Positions 24,206 through 34,689 of a stretch of DNA of 64,000 nt are shown here, piece by piece. A program made the position numbers and the translations under genes. Each line of letters opens with the position of its first letter. The first letter of the stretch is position 1. The stretch is from Candidatus Krumholzibacteriia bacterium (GTDB lineage: Bacteria > Krumholzibacteriota > Krumholzibacteriia > Krumholzibacteriales > Krumholzibacteriaceae), in NCBI GenBank assembly GCA_963836185.1, contig CAWIIQ010000001.1, positions 1,824,001 through 1,888,000 on the forward strand, written 5' to 3'. The notes under the pieces are model-generated. The model saw only the letters and a list, made by a program, of their open reading frames with translations, made no database searches and had not been told where the DNA came from.

Positions 24206-24929
24206 TCAGTCCGTTTTTTTTTCGACAGACTCTACAGTCACCGACAGCCTCTCACTGCCGCCGACACTCTCACAGACTATCTTTTCAGGATAGCCTCCAG
24301 TCCCGCCGCCAGACCCATACCCGTATCTTGCTTCGTAACAGCCTTTTCCGTCAATGGTGCATATCCTCAGTTTTACAGGGCCTTTGCCATCCTCTCCCTC
24401 GATCTGAAGCTTTCGCTCCCTCCATTCACCGGAGAGCTTCCATCCCCCGCCGGAAGCGGTAAAAACCGGATCTTTCAGGTCCTTGATAAAAGGGGCCTCG
24501 AGAAGCATGAAAACGAGGATATCCTTCGGCATCACCTCGAACTCGAAATGATCTTCCAGGTGGACAAGAGTCTCTTTCGTTCCCCGGAACGTACCACGCT
24601 CGTTATCCTGGATCGCGATCGAATCTCCGGAGATGAAGATCGACGCGTCCTCCCTGTACGAACCGAAGAGGCTCGAGTGAAGAAAATCGATCTGCGCCGA
24701 ACCATCAGGCGAGCGGTAGATGGCGCATGTTCCCTTTATCCTGTACTTCGGAAGATCAAGTCTGAGACGCGTCGATTATCTCGATCCGGCAGTCATCCAT
24801 CGATGCCTGGGGAGGAAAAAGGGATGCTAGCGTTCCGTCATCTGAAGGGATGGCCTCGCCGGGAGGCGGAGCGTCCGCGCAGGAGGCCGCGATCAGAAGG
24901 ACAAGGAGGATTCCGAGGGCCCTATTCAA
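24206..24929 (-). CDS. Lipoprotein, possibly LolB/DUF4292-like; frameshift near 24775
   Basis: TTG at 24929 gives LNRALGILLVLLIAASC. A shifted frame reads RLDLPKYRIKGTCAIYRSPDGSAQIDFLHSSLFG into ORF 24206-24535. Confidence 0.55.
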
Positions 24930-26667
24930 TTTTCTTCTCCGCCCTGGACGCGGCACCGCGGGCCTGAAGCACCTTCGCCTCGATCTCGGGACGATCCGGA
25001 TCGATCTCAGCCGAGCGATGATACGACTCGAGGGCCAGTTCGGGCTGACCGAGTTTCATGTACGCATCGCCTATATGCTCCCATATCACCGGGTCGTCAG
25101 TCACGATCTCCGAGGCGCTCAGCAAAATTTCCAGCGCGCCGGAAAACTCTTCCTTCTTGAACTTCACCCAGCCGAGCGAGTCGAGGTAGTACCCGTTCGC
25201 GGGATCCATTTCGAGCGCTTTCCTGACAAGCTCCTCTGCCAGATCAAGACTGTCGCCCTTTACGGCAAGGATATATCCTTAAAAATTGTTTATACTCGGG
25301 TCTTCCGGTTCGTTCCTGTATACGATCCTGATCCGCTGTATCGCTTCGTCATACCTGCCCTGCTCCTCGTAGAGCGCGGCAAGTTCGAGAAGGACGCCTC
25401 TTTCCTGCGGCGACAGTTCTTCCGCGGCCAGGAGGAACTGCTCGGCTCTCTCGTTGTCATCTATCTTTCTGTAGACTGTGCCTACTATAAAATTGTCTGA
25501 ATACTGGGTCCGGTCCATCCGCCTGACGGCTTCCCTGAGATACATCGATCCCTCGACACTGGAGAACCTCTTGTCCTCCTCAGGGCTGGACGGTTCACCC
25601 GCGAGTCCGTTTGCCAGAAGGACCATGCCGATGTAATTGCTGAACATGTCGGGCTCGATCTCGATGAGTCTGTCTAGATACTCGAACGCGGTCCTGAAGT
25701 TACCCCTGTCCATCTCGATCTCGGCGATGGCTCTCATTATCTGCGGCTTCTCTCCGGCAGTGGCGAGAAGTCCACGGAACACGACCAGCGCGTCTTCGTA
25801 CCTGCCGAGCCCGAAGTAGAAACGCCCGAGTGTGAATTTGCCGCTCTCACCCAGCTTGCGCTCCTGATACAGAGGCTCGAGCAGGACCACGCCATCTTCC
25901 AGCCTGCCGCTGTCCAGGTAGAGCCTTGTCAACTCCGCCACCGCGGTCCGGTTGCCGGGATCGAGTTCGACAACAGTTTCGAAAGCCTTTGCCCCTCCCT
26001 CGATATCTCCATAATGCAGCAGTATCGATCCGAGTGCGAGATACGATCCGGCGAAATCCGGATTCACCGCTATAGCCTTCTTCAGGGACTCGACGGCTTT
26101 TTCCCCATCCCCGCTGTCGGCATAGATGAGGCCGAGCCTGTAGTGGACAAACAGATCGCCCGGATCCAGTTCGCGGGCCCGTTCGAGGGCATCGCGAGCC
26201 GAGTCAAGATCCTCCATCTCGAGGTATATTCTCGCGAGAAACTTGTATACCTCGAACCGGGGCACATCTTCGCTCTCCCTGACGCTATCTAGAAGTTCTA
26301 TCGCCTTTTCCCTGTTATTTTCCTCATATTCGACCTCTGCGAGGATCAGCCGGGCACTCGATCCGTATATCTCCTTTTTGATCAGCCGCTCGGCATGCTT
26401 GCGCGTTTCGTCGAACTTGCCCATCTCGAGGGTCACCCTTGCGAGGGCATAGTCGATAGCCGCGTTGTCCGGTTCGTACTTTGCGGCATATGTGTAATAA
26501 GTGTAGGCAAGTACCAGATCGTTACCAGCCTCCATGAAGGAGCCGCGCATATAATAGGCCTGAGCGGTCCTGTTAACAGCTTCCTGCGCCTTTCCCGGGC
26601 AGGGGATCAGGCAGGCAGCAGCAGCCGCTGTGAGCAGCAGTTTTCCGTATCTCGTTGTTAGTCTCAT
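24922..26667 (-). CDS. Large exported TPR protein interrupted by an in-frame TAA at 25279-25281
   Basis: Signal peptide and many TPRs. NNF*GYILA...ALEMDPANGYYLDSLGW continues in the same frame. Confidence 0.8.
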
Positions 26668-26674
26668 ACTTCTT

Positions 26675-26703
26675 ATTATACCTGACCCGGCGCCTGCGGG
26701 CAA
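26675..26703 (-). promoter_or_regulatory. sigma70 promoter, probably producing a leaderless mRNA
   Basis: TTGCCC-N17-TATAAT, then 7 nt to ATG 26667. Confidence 0.6.
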
Positions 26704-26746
26704 AAACAAACGGTACTCCGGCATTGAGCGGAGTGTGGGGAGTTCG

Positions 26747-26775
26747 TTGACATCAAGCGGCGTATCTCCTATACT
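26747..26775 (+). promoter_or_regulatory. sigma70 promoter for the FadL-like gene
   Basis: TTGACA-N17-TATACT. Confidence 0.75.
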
Positions 26776-26819
26776 TCAAATGCTGTACAATACGGTTTAG
26801 GCAGCCCCTGAAAGGAAGA

Positions 26820-28157
26820 ATGGTCATGCTCGACATAAAAAAGATCCTGGCCCCGACATCGCTGCTTCTGCTTCTTCTGGCCCTCCCTGCCGGCGCCGGG
26901 GCTCAGACGATGGGTGTTCTCACGCTGGAGAGACTATCCACTCTTGACACCTGGGGAACGGGAGCCAAGGCATGGGGAATGGGTGGCGCGTACACCTCGA
27001 TCAGCGATGACGCGCTTGGACTGATCTATAACCCGGCAGGTATCGCCAGGGCCAACGGCAAGGAGATCTCCTTCGGCCTGCACCAGCTGTGGCAGGATAT
27101 CGATGAGAATTACGACGGGACGCAGGCGAGCACCCAGGGATCATATACCGCCTTCGGTCATATCGCCGCGCTCTTCCCTTATGAGACATACACCACCGAC
27201 CTCAAGTTCGGCTTCGGTGTATTCAGAGTCGGCTCTTCCAATCTCGAGTATGTCAAGGATGCACCGAGGACCGACCTGTCCGGCGAAGTGAGGAACGTCT
27301 TCCTCCAGACAGGAAGCATATACCACTACAAGTTTGCCGTAGCGGGAAACATCACCAGAAACATCGCAGTCGGCGGAACCTTCGTAATATGGGATGAATC
27401 CCCCGGCTTTACCGAGGAGATCTCATACTCCGGCCCGGGAGATTCCTCATACGTCTTCACCGACGATGTAACAGCCGATCTCGACGGAGTAAGCTTCGAA
27501 TTCGGCATAATCGCCAGGATGAGCAATTTCTTCCATGCCGGTTTTGTATTCACGACACCCACATGGATAACCTACCAGGGATCAGGCTCGGAATATTATG
27601 ACGGCACCTATGAAGATGGATCGGGATGGACGACAGATCCCTACCCCTTCTACGGAGAGGAAAAATACACCCTGCCGATGAATTTCCGCTTCGGCACATC
27701 GTTGCAGGCAGAGAACCTGGTCGTCGCCCTCGACATCTCTTACGCCGATTACAGGCAGACAGAATATAACGGACAGCAGATGTACTATGAGAATGATCCC
27801 ACGATCGACGTCATGAAACAGGTCTGGTCATACAGGGCCGGGGCAGAGTTGACGATCCCGTCGACGGCGCTTTCCTTCAGAGCGGGCTACATGTATCTGC
27901 CCATACCGTTCAGGGGAATAGACGAGCTCACGTACGTCGAGGAACAGGGGAACGAATTCTGGCTCACTACCGAGTGGGATTTCGTGACGATCAGCGAAGA
28001 AAGACATTACTACACGGCGGGAATCGGATACGTCTTTGACGGTGTCCTTGCGGTCGATCTGGCAATATCGCAAGGCAGCTTCGAGAGGTCTACCGAATGG
28101 TTGACAGAAACGAGATCCGAGACCGAATTCGTCGCGTCCGCAGCGTACAGGTTCTGA
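26820..28157 (+). CDS. OmpP1/FadL-family outer-membrane beta-barrel
   Basis: Signal peptide, GAKAWGMGGA...YNPAGI motif, amphipathic strands and C-terminal AYRF. Confidence 0.8.
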   Translation: MVMLDIKKILAPTSLLLLLLALPAGAGAQTMGVLTLERLSTLDTWGTGAKAWGMGGAYTSISDDALGLIYNPAGIARANGKEISFGLHQLWQDIDENYDGTQASTQGSYTAFGHIAALFPYETYTTDLKFGFGVFRVGSSNLEYVKDAPRTDLSGEVRNVFLQTGSIYHYKFAVAGNITRNIAVGGTFVIWDESPGFTEEISYSGPGDSSYVFTDDVTADLDGVSFEFGIIARMSNFFHAGFVFTTPTWITYQGSGSEYYDGTYEDGSGWTTDPYPFYGEEKYTLPMNFRFGTSLQAENLVVALDISYADYRQTEYNGQQMYYENDPTIDVMKQVWSYRAGAELTIPSTALSFRAGYMYLPIPFRGIDELTYVEEQGNEFWLTTEWDFVTISEERHYYTAGIGYVFDGVLAVDLAISQGSFERSTEWLTETRSETEFVASAAYRF

Positions 28158-28175
28158 TCAGCTCGAAGATCATGA

Positions 28176-29081
28176 CTATTCGAGGGACGGCTCCGGCCGT
28201 CCCTTTTTGTTATTACCCCCGCTGTGAAGCATGCCGCAGAATTCCTCGAGAACGCGGATAAACCTCGGACCCGGCACCGCTGCATACCGCCCGGTCATCA
28301 CTCGCAGCTTTCCGCCGGTGACCGCTTCCAGCATATCGAATGATTCCCAGTCAGCGATGATCGAATGAGCATCCAGCCCTCTTTCTTCTGCTCCAGGGAC
28401 GACCTCGATTATCATGTCGGGCTGCAGGTAGGCCAGAGATTCCGGAGACAGCATTGGATATGCCGGGGCCGATTCTTTCAGCACGTTCACACCTCCCGCC
28501 GCTCGAAGAAGCTCGTCGTACCACGTACCCGCTGCAGCGGCATAGACCTCTTCCGGGAGCGTACCGTACTGCCGGTCGACGACGATCAGGACACGAGGCT
28601 TTACACCGTTCTCAACGGCGGGGCAGGCTGAGTCGACCGCGGATTCGAGCGAGTCGGCAAGCGAGGCGCCCCTTTCGCTCACCCCGCACCTGTCGCCTAT
28701 CACCCTTATCGTCCCGATGATCTCCGAAACAGTCTCATTTGGAACGATCAGATGCTCAATATCGAGTTCTTCGAGAAAGGAGAGCAACCGCTGATGCGCA
28801 GGAAGCATTATCACCAGGTCCGGCTGTAGAGATACGATCGCCTCGATATTTGGATCGAAGTAACCGCCGACCTCAGGTTTACCTTCTGCTTCCGGCGGCC
28901 AAACGCAGAATCTCGTCACGCCGGCGACTTCGTCTCCCAGTCCCAGTGCGTAGAGTGTCTCGGTGATGTTCGGTGCGAGGGATATTATCCTTTTATATTC
29001 TCCCGCATCGGAACACGCCGTCAGCGTTACAGTAACAGCGAGGAACAGAAGGAGAGAGAATGCAGCCTGTCCTGTCTTCAT
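28176..29081 (-). CDS. Cobalamin/Fe-siderophore ABC substrate-binding lipoprotein (BtuF-like)
   Basis: Lipobox LTAC, RIISLAPNITETLYALG, PNIEAIVSLQPDLV and PGPR. Confidence 0.85.
   Translation of the reverse strand: MKTGQAAFSLLLFLAVTVTLTACSDAGEYKRIISLAPNITETLYALGLGDEVAGVTRFCVWPPEAEGKPEVGGYFDPNIEAIVSLQPDLVIMLPAHQRLLSFLEELDIEHLIVPNETVSEIIGTIRVIGDRCGVSERGASLADSLESAVDSACPAVENGVKPRVLIVVDRQYGTLPEEVYAAAAGTWYDELLRAAGGVNVLKESAPAYPMLSPESLAYLQPDMIIEVVPGAEERGLDAHSIIADWESFDMLEAVTGGKLRVMTGRYAAVPGPRFIRVLEEFCGMLHSGGNNKKGRPEPSLE
28183..28210 (+). terminator. Intrinsic terminator of the FadL-like gene, lying within the 3' end of the convergent btuF-like ORF
   Basis: AGGGACGGC/GCCGTCCCT stem followed by TTTTGT. 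Confidence 0.75.
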
Positions 29082-29569
29082 CAGTCTGTCTTGCGGCTGA
29101 TCCCCCTGAGGATGGAAAGGTAGGCGTCGTCCAGCTTCGACAGCATCTCCTCGGATAGCCCCCCTCCAGTCTCCATGACCTGCGTATAGTATTGTTCGAG
29201 GTATCTGCAGAGGTAGACGTTCTGCTGCTCTATCTGGGCGTCGATCAGCTTGACGGCCTCGGCGCGGCTGGCGAGGAAGGCCTCATCCTCCTCCTTGCGC
29301 GATGTGTTGTGAAAGTAGTCGTTGAGGAGCTGCAGCCAGTATGTATCGTGCTTCCCTCCGTTGTCAAAAACGCATCCCGTCTCATCTATCAGGAAGCAGT
29401 ATCCGTACACAAAATATGAGCAGTTGAGCATCCCCTGAAGGAAGAGGCGCCTGTGACAATCGATCGTCATCTCGTCGAGGTTACATGGAAGCGCGCATTC
29501 CTCGCAGAAGGCTTCGGCGTCACCGCCGAATGTGAAAGGAAGTTTCGTCCCCTTTGAACCGTCTCCCAT
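29081..29569 (-). CDS. Cys-rich hypothetical protein
   Basis: ATG at 29569 just after the rnc stop, CEECALPC plus five more Cys, TGATG overlap with the btuF-like gene. Confidence 0.6.
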   Translation of the reverse strand: MGDGSKGTKLPFTFGGDAEAFCEECALPCNLDEMTIDCHRRLFLQGMLNCSYFVYGYCFLIDETGCVFDNGGKHDTYWLQLLNDYFHNTSRKEEDEAFLASRAEAVKLIDAQIEQQNVYLCRYLEQYYTQVMETGGGLSEEMLSKLDDAYLSILRGISRKTD

Positions 29570-29582
29570 CTTTGCCTCTTTC

Positions 29583-30338
29583 CTAGTGGGTCCGCCTGAG
29601 TTTTTTGAGAGCCTCCTTGGCTGCCATCTGCTCGGCGTCCTTCTTGCTCTTCCCCCTGCCCTTTCCAGTGGCTCCATGCCCGGCCCTGACCTCTACGATG
29701 AAGATCTTGTCGTGTTCCGGTCCTGTCGTCGATCTGATCCTGTACTTGGGATATGTCTTGTACTTGCTCTGGGTCCATTCCTGCAGGTGGCTCTTGTAAT
29801 TGACGTGGTCCGTATGCTCGAAGATCACATCGACATCGTCCAGCACGATCTTTTCCACCATGGTCCGGGCCGGTTCGAGACCGCCATCGAGGTAGATACC
29901 CCCGATTATCGCCTCGAGCACGGCTGTCTGGATAGAATCCTGCCCGTGGACTCCGCCTTTGAAGGCGTTCTCGCTCAGTATCACATGATCTTTAAGATTT
30001 ATCGCTTCCGCCTTCTTCGTGAGGACGGTCTTGCTCACGAGAAGAGATTTCTTCTGTGTCAGCTGCCCTTCGTTCTCTTCCGGGAAGTTCCTGACGAGGA
30101 AATCTGTGGTGACCAGCGCCAGGACCGAGTCGCCGAGGAACTCGAGTCTTTCGTAGGTGATCCCGTCTTCGCCCGGCTTGAGCTCGCCGAGCATCGAACG
30201 ATGGGTCAGAGCTTCGATGATGAGGTTGTTATCGCGAAAGTTGTAGCCGATCTTCTCTTCGAGCAGAGGGATGTGCTCAGGGCCTTCGGTCGCGGCCGCA
30301 CCGAATAATCTCCTGAAAATATCAAGGAACCTGGCCAT
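29583..30338 (-). CDS. rnc: Ribonuclease III
   Basis: ERLEFLGDSVL signature and dsRBD YKSHLQEW...GKSKKDAEQMAA. Confidence 0.96.
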   Translation of the reverse strand: MARFLDIFRRLFGAAATEGPEHIPLLEEKIGYNFRDNNLIIEALTHRSMLGELKPGEDGITYERLEFLGDSVLALVTTDFLVRNFPEENEGQLTQKKSLLVSKTVLTKKAEAINLKDHVILSENAFKGGVHGQDSIQTAVLEAIIGGIYLDGGLEPARTMVEKIVLDDVDVIFEHTDHVNYKSHLQEWTQSKYKTYPKYRIRSTTGPEHDKIFIVEVRAGHGATGKGRGKSKKDAEQMAAKEALKKLRRTH

Positions 30339-30354
30339 ATGTCCTGATTGCTCT

Positions 30355-31596
30355 TTACTGCTCGAATTTCTTTATAAGAAGGCTGACATTGTGACCGCCG
30401 AATCCGAAAGAATTGCTCAGCACGTATTCGAGCTCCCTGCCGACAGATTTCTTCGGCACGTGATTGAGCTGACATTCCGGATCGATATTATCGAGGTTTG
30501 CCGTAGGCGGAACAGTCTTTTCGAGGATGGCCTTGACGCACATTATGAACTCGAATCCAGCTGCTGCCCCGAGCATGTGTCCCGAACACGATTTCGTCGA
30601 GCTGACGAGCGGACCCTCGCCTGCACCGAACACAGTCCTTATCGCTTCCGATTCTGATTTGTCGTTGTATTGCGTCGATGTTCCATGGGCGTTGACGTAC
30701 TGTATCTCGGCAGGCTCTATACCCGCGTCACGTATCGCCATCTTCATCGCTTCCACAGCGCCTGCGCCCCCAGGTGCCGGAGAGGTGATGTGGTGCGCAT
30801 CTCCGGTCAGTCCGACTCCAGCCAGCTCGGCGTATATCTTCGCGCCGCGCGCCCTCGCGTACTCGAGGTCCTCGAGCATGACCAGTCCGGAACCTTCCGC
30901 CATGACGAAACCGTCACGGTCGATATCGAACGGCCTGCTCGCACCCCGCGGGTCATCGTTCCTTGTGGACAGGGCCTTCATCGAACAGAATCCCCCGAGA
31001 GCCATCGGGGAGATAGTCCCTTCCGTGCCCCCTGTCAGGACCGCTTTCGTATAGCCCTGCTTTATCATCATGAAAGAAGTCGCGATACCGTGCCCCGCCG
31101 AGGCACACGCCGACACCGTAGCGAAATTGGGGCCCTTGAGGCCGTACCGGATCGATACGAGTCCCGAGGAGATATCGGCTATCATCATGGGGATGAAGAA
31201 GGGGCTTATCTTGGACGGCCCCTTGCTGACATAGTTGGAGTGCTGCGTCTCGAAGGTCTTGATGCCGCCGATCCCGGACGCGATGACCGTTCCTACGTCA
31301 TTCCCGTCGTATTCGAAACCGTCGAAAGCCTTCATCACCTCGACTGCAGCGGCCATTGCAAGCTGCGAGGATCGGTCCATCCTCTTCGATTCCTTGCGGT
31401 CGATGTACTCGAGCGGGTCGAAATCATTGACCTCGCCCGCGACCTGGGATGTATATTCGCTTGCATCAAATGCCTTGATCGTATCGTAGCCGGGTATCCC
31501 CGCCGAGACGTTCTTCCAGTTCTCCTCAACGGTCTTCCCGCAGCAACTGAGCAGGCCCATGCCTGTAACGACCACTCTTCTGCCGTCAGTGGACAC
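30355..31596 (-). CDS. fabF: 3-oxoacyl-ACP synthase II
   Basis: SACASA, NAHGTST, GHMLGAA and SNSFGFGGHN. Confidence 0.97.
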   Translation of the reverse strand: MSTDGRRVVVTGMGLLSCCGKTVEENWKNVSAGIPGYDTIKAFDASEYTSQVAGEVNDFDPLEYIDRKESKRMDRSSQLAMAAAVEVMKAFDGFEYDGNDVGTVIASGIGGIKTFETQHSNYVSKGPSKISPFFIPMMIADISSGLVSIRYGLKGPNFATVSACASAGHGIATSFMMIKQGYTKAVLTGGTEGTISPMALGGFCSMKALSTRNDDPRGASRPFDIDRDGFVMAEGSGLVMLEDLEYARARGAKIYAELAGVGLTGDAHHITSPAPGGAGAVEAMKMAIRDAGIEPAEIQYVNAHGTSTQYNDKSESEAIRTVFGAGEGPLVSSTKSCSGHMLGAAAGFEFIMCVKAILEKTVPPTANLDNIDPECQLNHVPKKSVGRELEYVLSNSFGFGGHNVSLLIKKFEQ

Positions 31597-31650
31597 TTTA
31601 TCCCCCTGATCTCAGGATAGTTCGAATTTTCTCAAGTCAGCAGGCGACAG

Positions 31651-31890
31651 TTATTCCGTCACGTGCGCCTTGACGTAATCTATGGCCTCGCCGACCTTCG
31701 TGATCTTCTCGGCTTCTTCGTCTGGTATCTCTACCCCGAACTCCTCCTCGAGAGCCATCACGAGCTCGACGGTATCGAGCGAATCAGCTCCGAGATCGTC
31801 GATAAAAGACGCCTCAGGCGTAATCTGGTCCTGGTTGACTGAAAGCTGGTCTTCAACTACTTTCTTTACTCTTTCCTCGATAGTACTCAT
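31651..31890 (-). CDS. acpP: Acyl carrier protein
   Basis: [20 protein letters not shown]. Confidence 0.98.
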   Translation of the reverse strand: MSTIEERVKKVVEDQLSVNQDQITPEASFIDDLGADSLDTVELVMALEEEFGVEIPDEEAEKITKVGEAIDYVKAHVTE

Positions 31891-31923
31891 GGTCCGGCCT
31901 ACCTCCTTAGTCTTGATTCCCCG

Positions 31924-32673
31924 TCAACGCGCCATGACCATGCCGCCGTCACAGTTTATTACCTGTCCTGTGACATACGCGCCCAGTTCCGATACGAGAA
32001 AGAGGACGACATTTGCAACATCGTCTCCCGATCCGAAACGGCCGAGCGGTATCATGCGGCGCATCTGCTCCTGAACATCCTCCGGGAGGACACCCGTCAT
32101 CGGCGTGTCAATGAATCCCGGGGCGATGGCGTTAGCGGTCACTCCCCGGGGAGCAAACTCCTTAGCCACCGATTTTGTAAACCCTATGATGCCGGCCTTG
32201 CTCGCAGCGTAATTACTCTGTCCCGCGTTACCCATCTGGCCTATCACCGAAGCTATGTTCACTACGCGTCCGTAACGCTTCTTGAACATGTGCCTGGTGA
32301 CGACCTTCGTCATGTTGAACGTGCCGGTGAGGTTGATCTTTATCACGGTATCCCATTCTTCCTCCCCCATGCGGAGAAGGAGATTGTCACGTGTGATCCC
32401 GGCGTTGTTGACCAGTATGTGTACCTGATCACGCCAGCCGAGTACCTCCTTGACACATTCCTGGACCTCGGCGTAGTCGGCAACGTTGCACTTTACAGCG
32501 ATCGAGCCCTGTCCGGCCTCTTCGATGAGCCCGGCGGTCTCCTTCGCTCCCTCGATATCGACATCGAGGACCGCAACATCGGCACCCTGCCCGGAGAGCG
32601 AAAGGGCTATGTCCCTCCCGATCCCTCGCCCGGCGCCTGTAACTATCGCCGTATTTCCATTCAGTCCGGTCAT
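31924..32673 (-). CDS. fabG: 3-oxoacyl-ACP reductase
   Basis: TGAGRGIG, NNAGITRD and YAASK. True start is probably ATG 32673. Confidence 0.96.
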   Translation of the reverse strand: MTGLNGNTAIVTGAGRGIGRDIALSLSGQGADVAVLDVDIEGAKETAGLIEEAGQGSIAVKCNVADYAEVQECVKEVLGWRDQVHILVNNAGITRDNLLLRMGEEEWDTVIKINLTGTFNMTKVVTRHMFKKRYGRVVNIASVIGQMGNAGQSNYAASKAGIIGFTKSVAKEFAPRGVTANAIAPGFIDTPMTGVLPEDVQEQMRRMIPLGRFGSGDDVANVVLFLVSELGAYVTGQVINCDGGMVMAR

Positions 32674-32720
32674 TTGGAAAACCTCTATATCAGAAACGCT
32701 TCCGCTCGTAAAGGAAATCT

Positions 32721-33662
32721 TTACGCTACGGTCTCGCGCTCTATGACCTGGGTCAGCTGATCGGCGGTGCCGACAGTCTCTACGCTCCTGGCCCTGTCTA
32801 TCCTCTTCATGAGACCGCTGAGCACCTTGCCCGGTCCGACTTCGAGGATCTCCCCGTCCCAACCGGCGGTAAGCACACTCATGGAATCGGACCAGAGGAC
32901 CGGGCTGGTAAGCTGCCTCGACAGTGCGTCGATTATCTCCTCGCGCCGTCTTATTATCTTCGCGTCGGCATTGCAGACGACATCAGCCGTAGTATCCTTT
33001 ATCTCGAAACTCTTTATATATTCGACCAGCTCATCCTGCGCCGGAGCGACGAGCGGAGAATGAAACGCCCCGCTGACATTCAGCTTGACGACCTTGCGTA
33101 CACCCTTATCTTCGGCGAGCTTCATAGCCCTGTCAACGGCTTCTATATGACCGGAGATGACGATCTGACCCGGCGAGTTTATATTAGCCAGCACGACCAC
33201 AGTATCGCCCGTACTCGCTTCCTCGCATACGGCTCTTACATCCTCAGTCTCCATACCGATGATAGCGGCCATGGTGCCGGGCTGCCTCAGCCCCGCGTCG
33301 AACATAAGCTCTCCGCGCATGCGCACTATACGCAGGGCATCCATGTCGTCGAACGCACCGGCCGCTGCCAGCGCCGAATACTCACCGAGGCTGTGACCAG
33401 CGACGATAGACGGCTCCAGGCCCGCCTCGTCCTTCATGACGCGCGCGACGGCCAGGCTGTTTAGAAGGATCGCCGGCTGGGCGTTCCTCGTCTCGGTAAG
33501 CACTTCGGTATCGCCTTCGAAAGAGAGCTTCGATATGCTGAATCCGAGGATATCGTCAGCCTCTTCGTAGATCCTCGCGACTGCGGGGAACCGCTCGGCC
33601 AGATCCTTTCCCATTCCTGTAAACTGTGACCCCTGACCCGGGAACAACATCGCTGTCTTCAT
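32721..33662 (-). CDS. fabD: Malonyl-CoA:ACP transacylase
   Basis: FPGQGSQ, GHSLGEY and VSGAFHS. Confidence 0.97.
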   Translation of the reverse strand: MKTAMLFPGQGSQFTGMGKDLAERFPAVARIYEEADDILGFSISKLSFEGDTEVLTETRNAQPAILLNSLAVARVMKDEAGLEPSIVAGHSLGEYSALAAAGAFDDMDALRIVRMRGELMFDAGLRQPGTMAAIIGMETEDVRAVCEEASTGDTVVVLANINSPGQIVISGHIEAVDRAMKLAEDKGVRKVVKLNVSGAFHSPLVAPAQDELVEYIKSFEIKDTTADVVCNADAKIIRRREEIIDALSRQLTSPVLWSDSMSVLTAGWDGEILEVGPGKVLSGLMKRIDRARSVETVGTADQLTQVIERETVA

Positions 33663-33690
33663 TCTTGTGTCTCCTCTATAATATCCGCGG

Positions 33691-34689
33691 TCAGTACTTG
33701 ATCAGCGCGGCGCCCCATGTCAGGCCGCCGCCGAACGCGACCATTATAACGAGGTCGCCCTTCTTGAGGGTACCGCTCTCTTTCAATTCGGAGAACGCTA
33801 TCGGTATACTCGCCGACGACGTGTTTCCTACACGGTCTATATTTACTACTACCTGTTCTTTCTTCAATTTCAGGCGCTTCCTGACCCCTTCGATTATCCT
33901 TATATTCGCCTGATGCGGTATCAGGAAACTTACATCCTCTGCCCCGAGGCCCGCTTCCTTGAGCGTATGTCTGGCGGCATCTACCATCGCCCTGACAGCG
34001 TACTTGAAGAGTCCGTCGCCCTTCATCTTTATATACTGATCCCCCGCCTCGATACTTTCGGCCGTAAGTGGCGTCTTCGAACCGCCGGCGGTGATGTAGA
34101 GCAGTTCCTTTTCGCCGCCGTCGCTCTGCATGAAAGTGCTAAGTACCCCTTCTCCCGGTTTCCCCTCCTCAAGCACAACCGCGCCGCATCCATCTCCGAA
34201 AAGTACACATGTCGTACGGTCGGTGTAATCGGTGATGCTTGAAAGTGTCTCCACACCGATGACAAGGACCTTCTGTGCTTTACCAGCCGAGATCATCGCC
34301 GAACCGACCGAAAGCCCGTATATGAATCCCGAGCACGCTGCGGCAACATCGAATGCCGCGGCTTTTTTCGCGCCGAGCTTCTCCTGCAGCAGGCAGCCTG
34401 TAGACGGGAGAGGCATATCGGGTGTCACCGTAGCAACGATGATCATGTCGAGATCTTTCGGGTCGACTCCCGCATCGGCAAGAGCCATCTTTGCCGCTTC
34501 GAACGCCATATCGCTCGACACCTCACCATCGGCTGCGATATGTCTTTCCCTGATCCCCGAGCGGGTCAGGATCCACTCATCGCTCGTGTCGACAATCTTC
34601 TCGAAATCGGCGTTGGTCAGGATCTTTTCGGGAAGGTAATGCCCGATCCCGGTTATCCTGGCGCCTTTCGGCTCACACGGTTTTATCAC
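33691..34689 (-). CDS. fabH: 3-oxoacyl-ACP synthase III
   Basis: AACSGF, HQANIRI, GNTSSAS and FGGGLTWG. Confidence 0.97.
   Translation of the reverse strand: MIKPCEPKGARITGIGHYLPEKILTNADFEKIVDTSDEWILTRSGIRERHIAADGEVSSDMAFEAAKMALADAGVDPKDLDMIIVATVTPDMPLPSTGCLLQEKLGAKKAAAFDVAAACSGFIYGLSVGSAMISAGKAQKVLVIGVETLSSITDYTDRTTCVLFGDGCGAVVLEEGKPGEGVLSTFMQSDGGEKELLYITAGGSKTPLTAESIEAGDQYIKMKGDGLFKYAVRAMVDAARHTLKEAGLGAEDVSFLIPHQANIRIIEGVRKRLKLKKEQVVVNIDRVGNTSSASIPIAFSELKESGTLKKGDLVIMVAFGGGLTWGAALIKY

Noticed and set aside
25279-25281. Selenocysteine, pyrrolysine or alternative genetic code
   Set aside because: The codon is TAA at a position expecting Leu, and TAA, TAG and TGA all act as normal stops elsewhere in the window.
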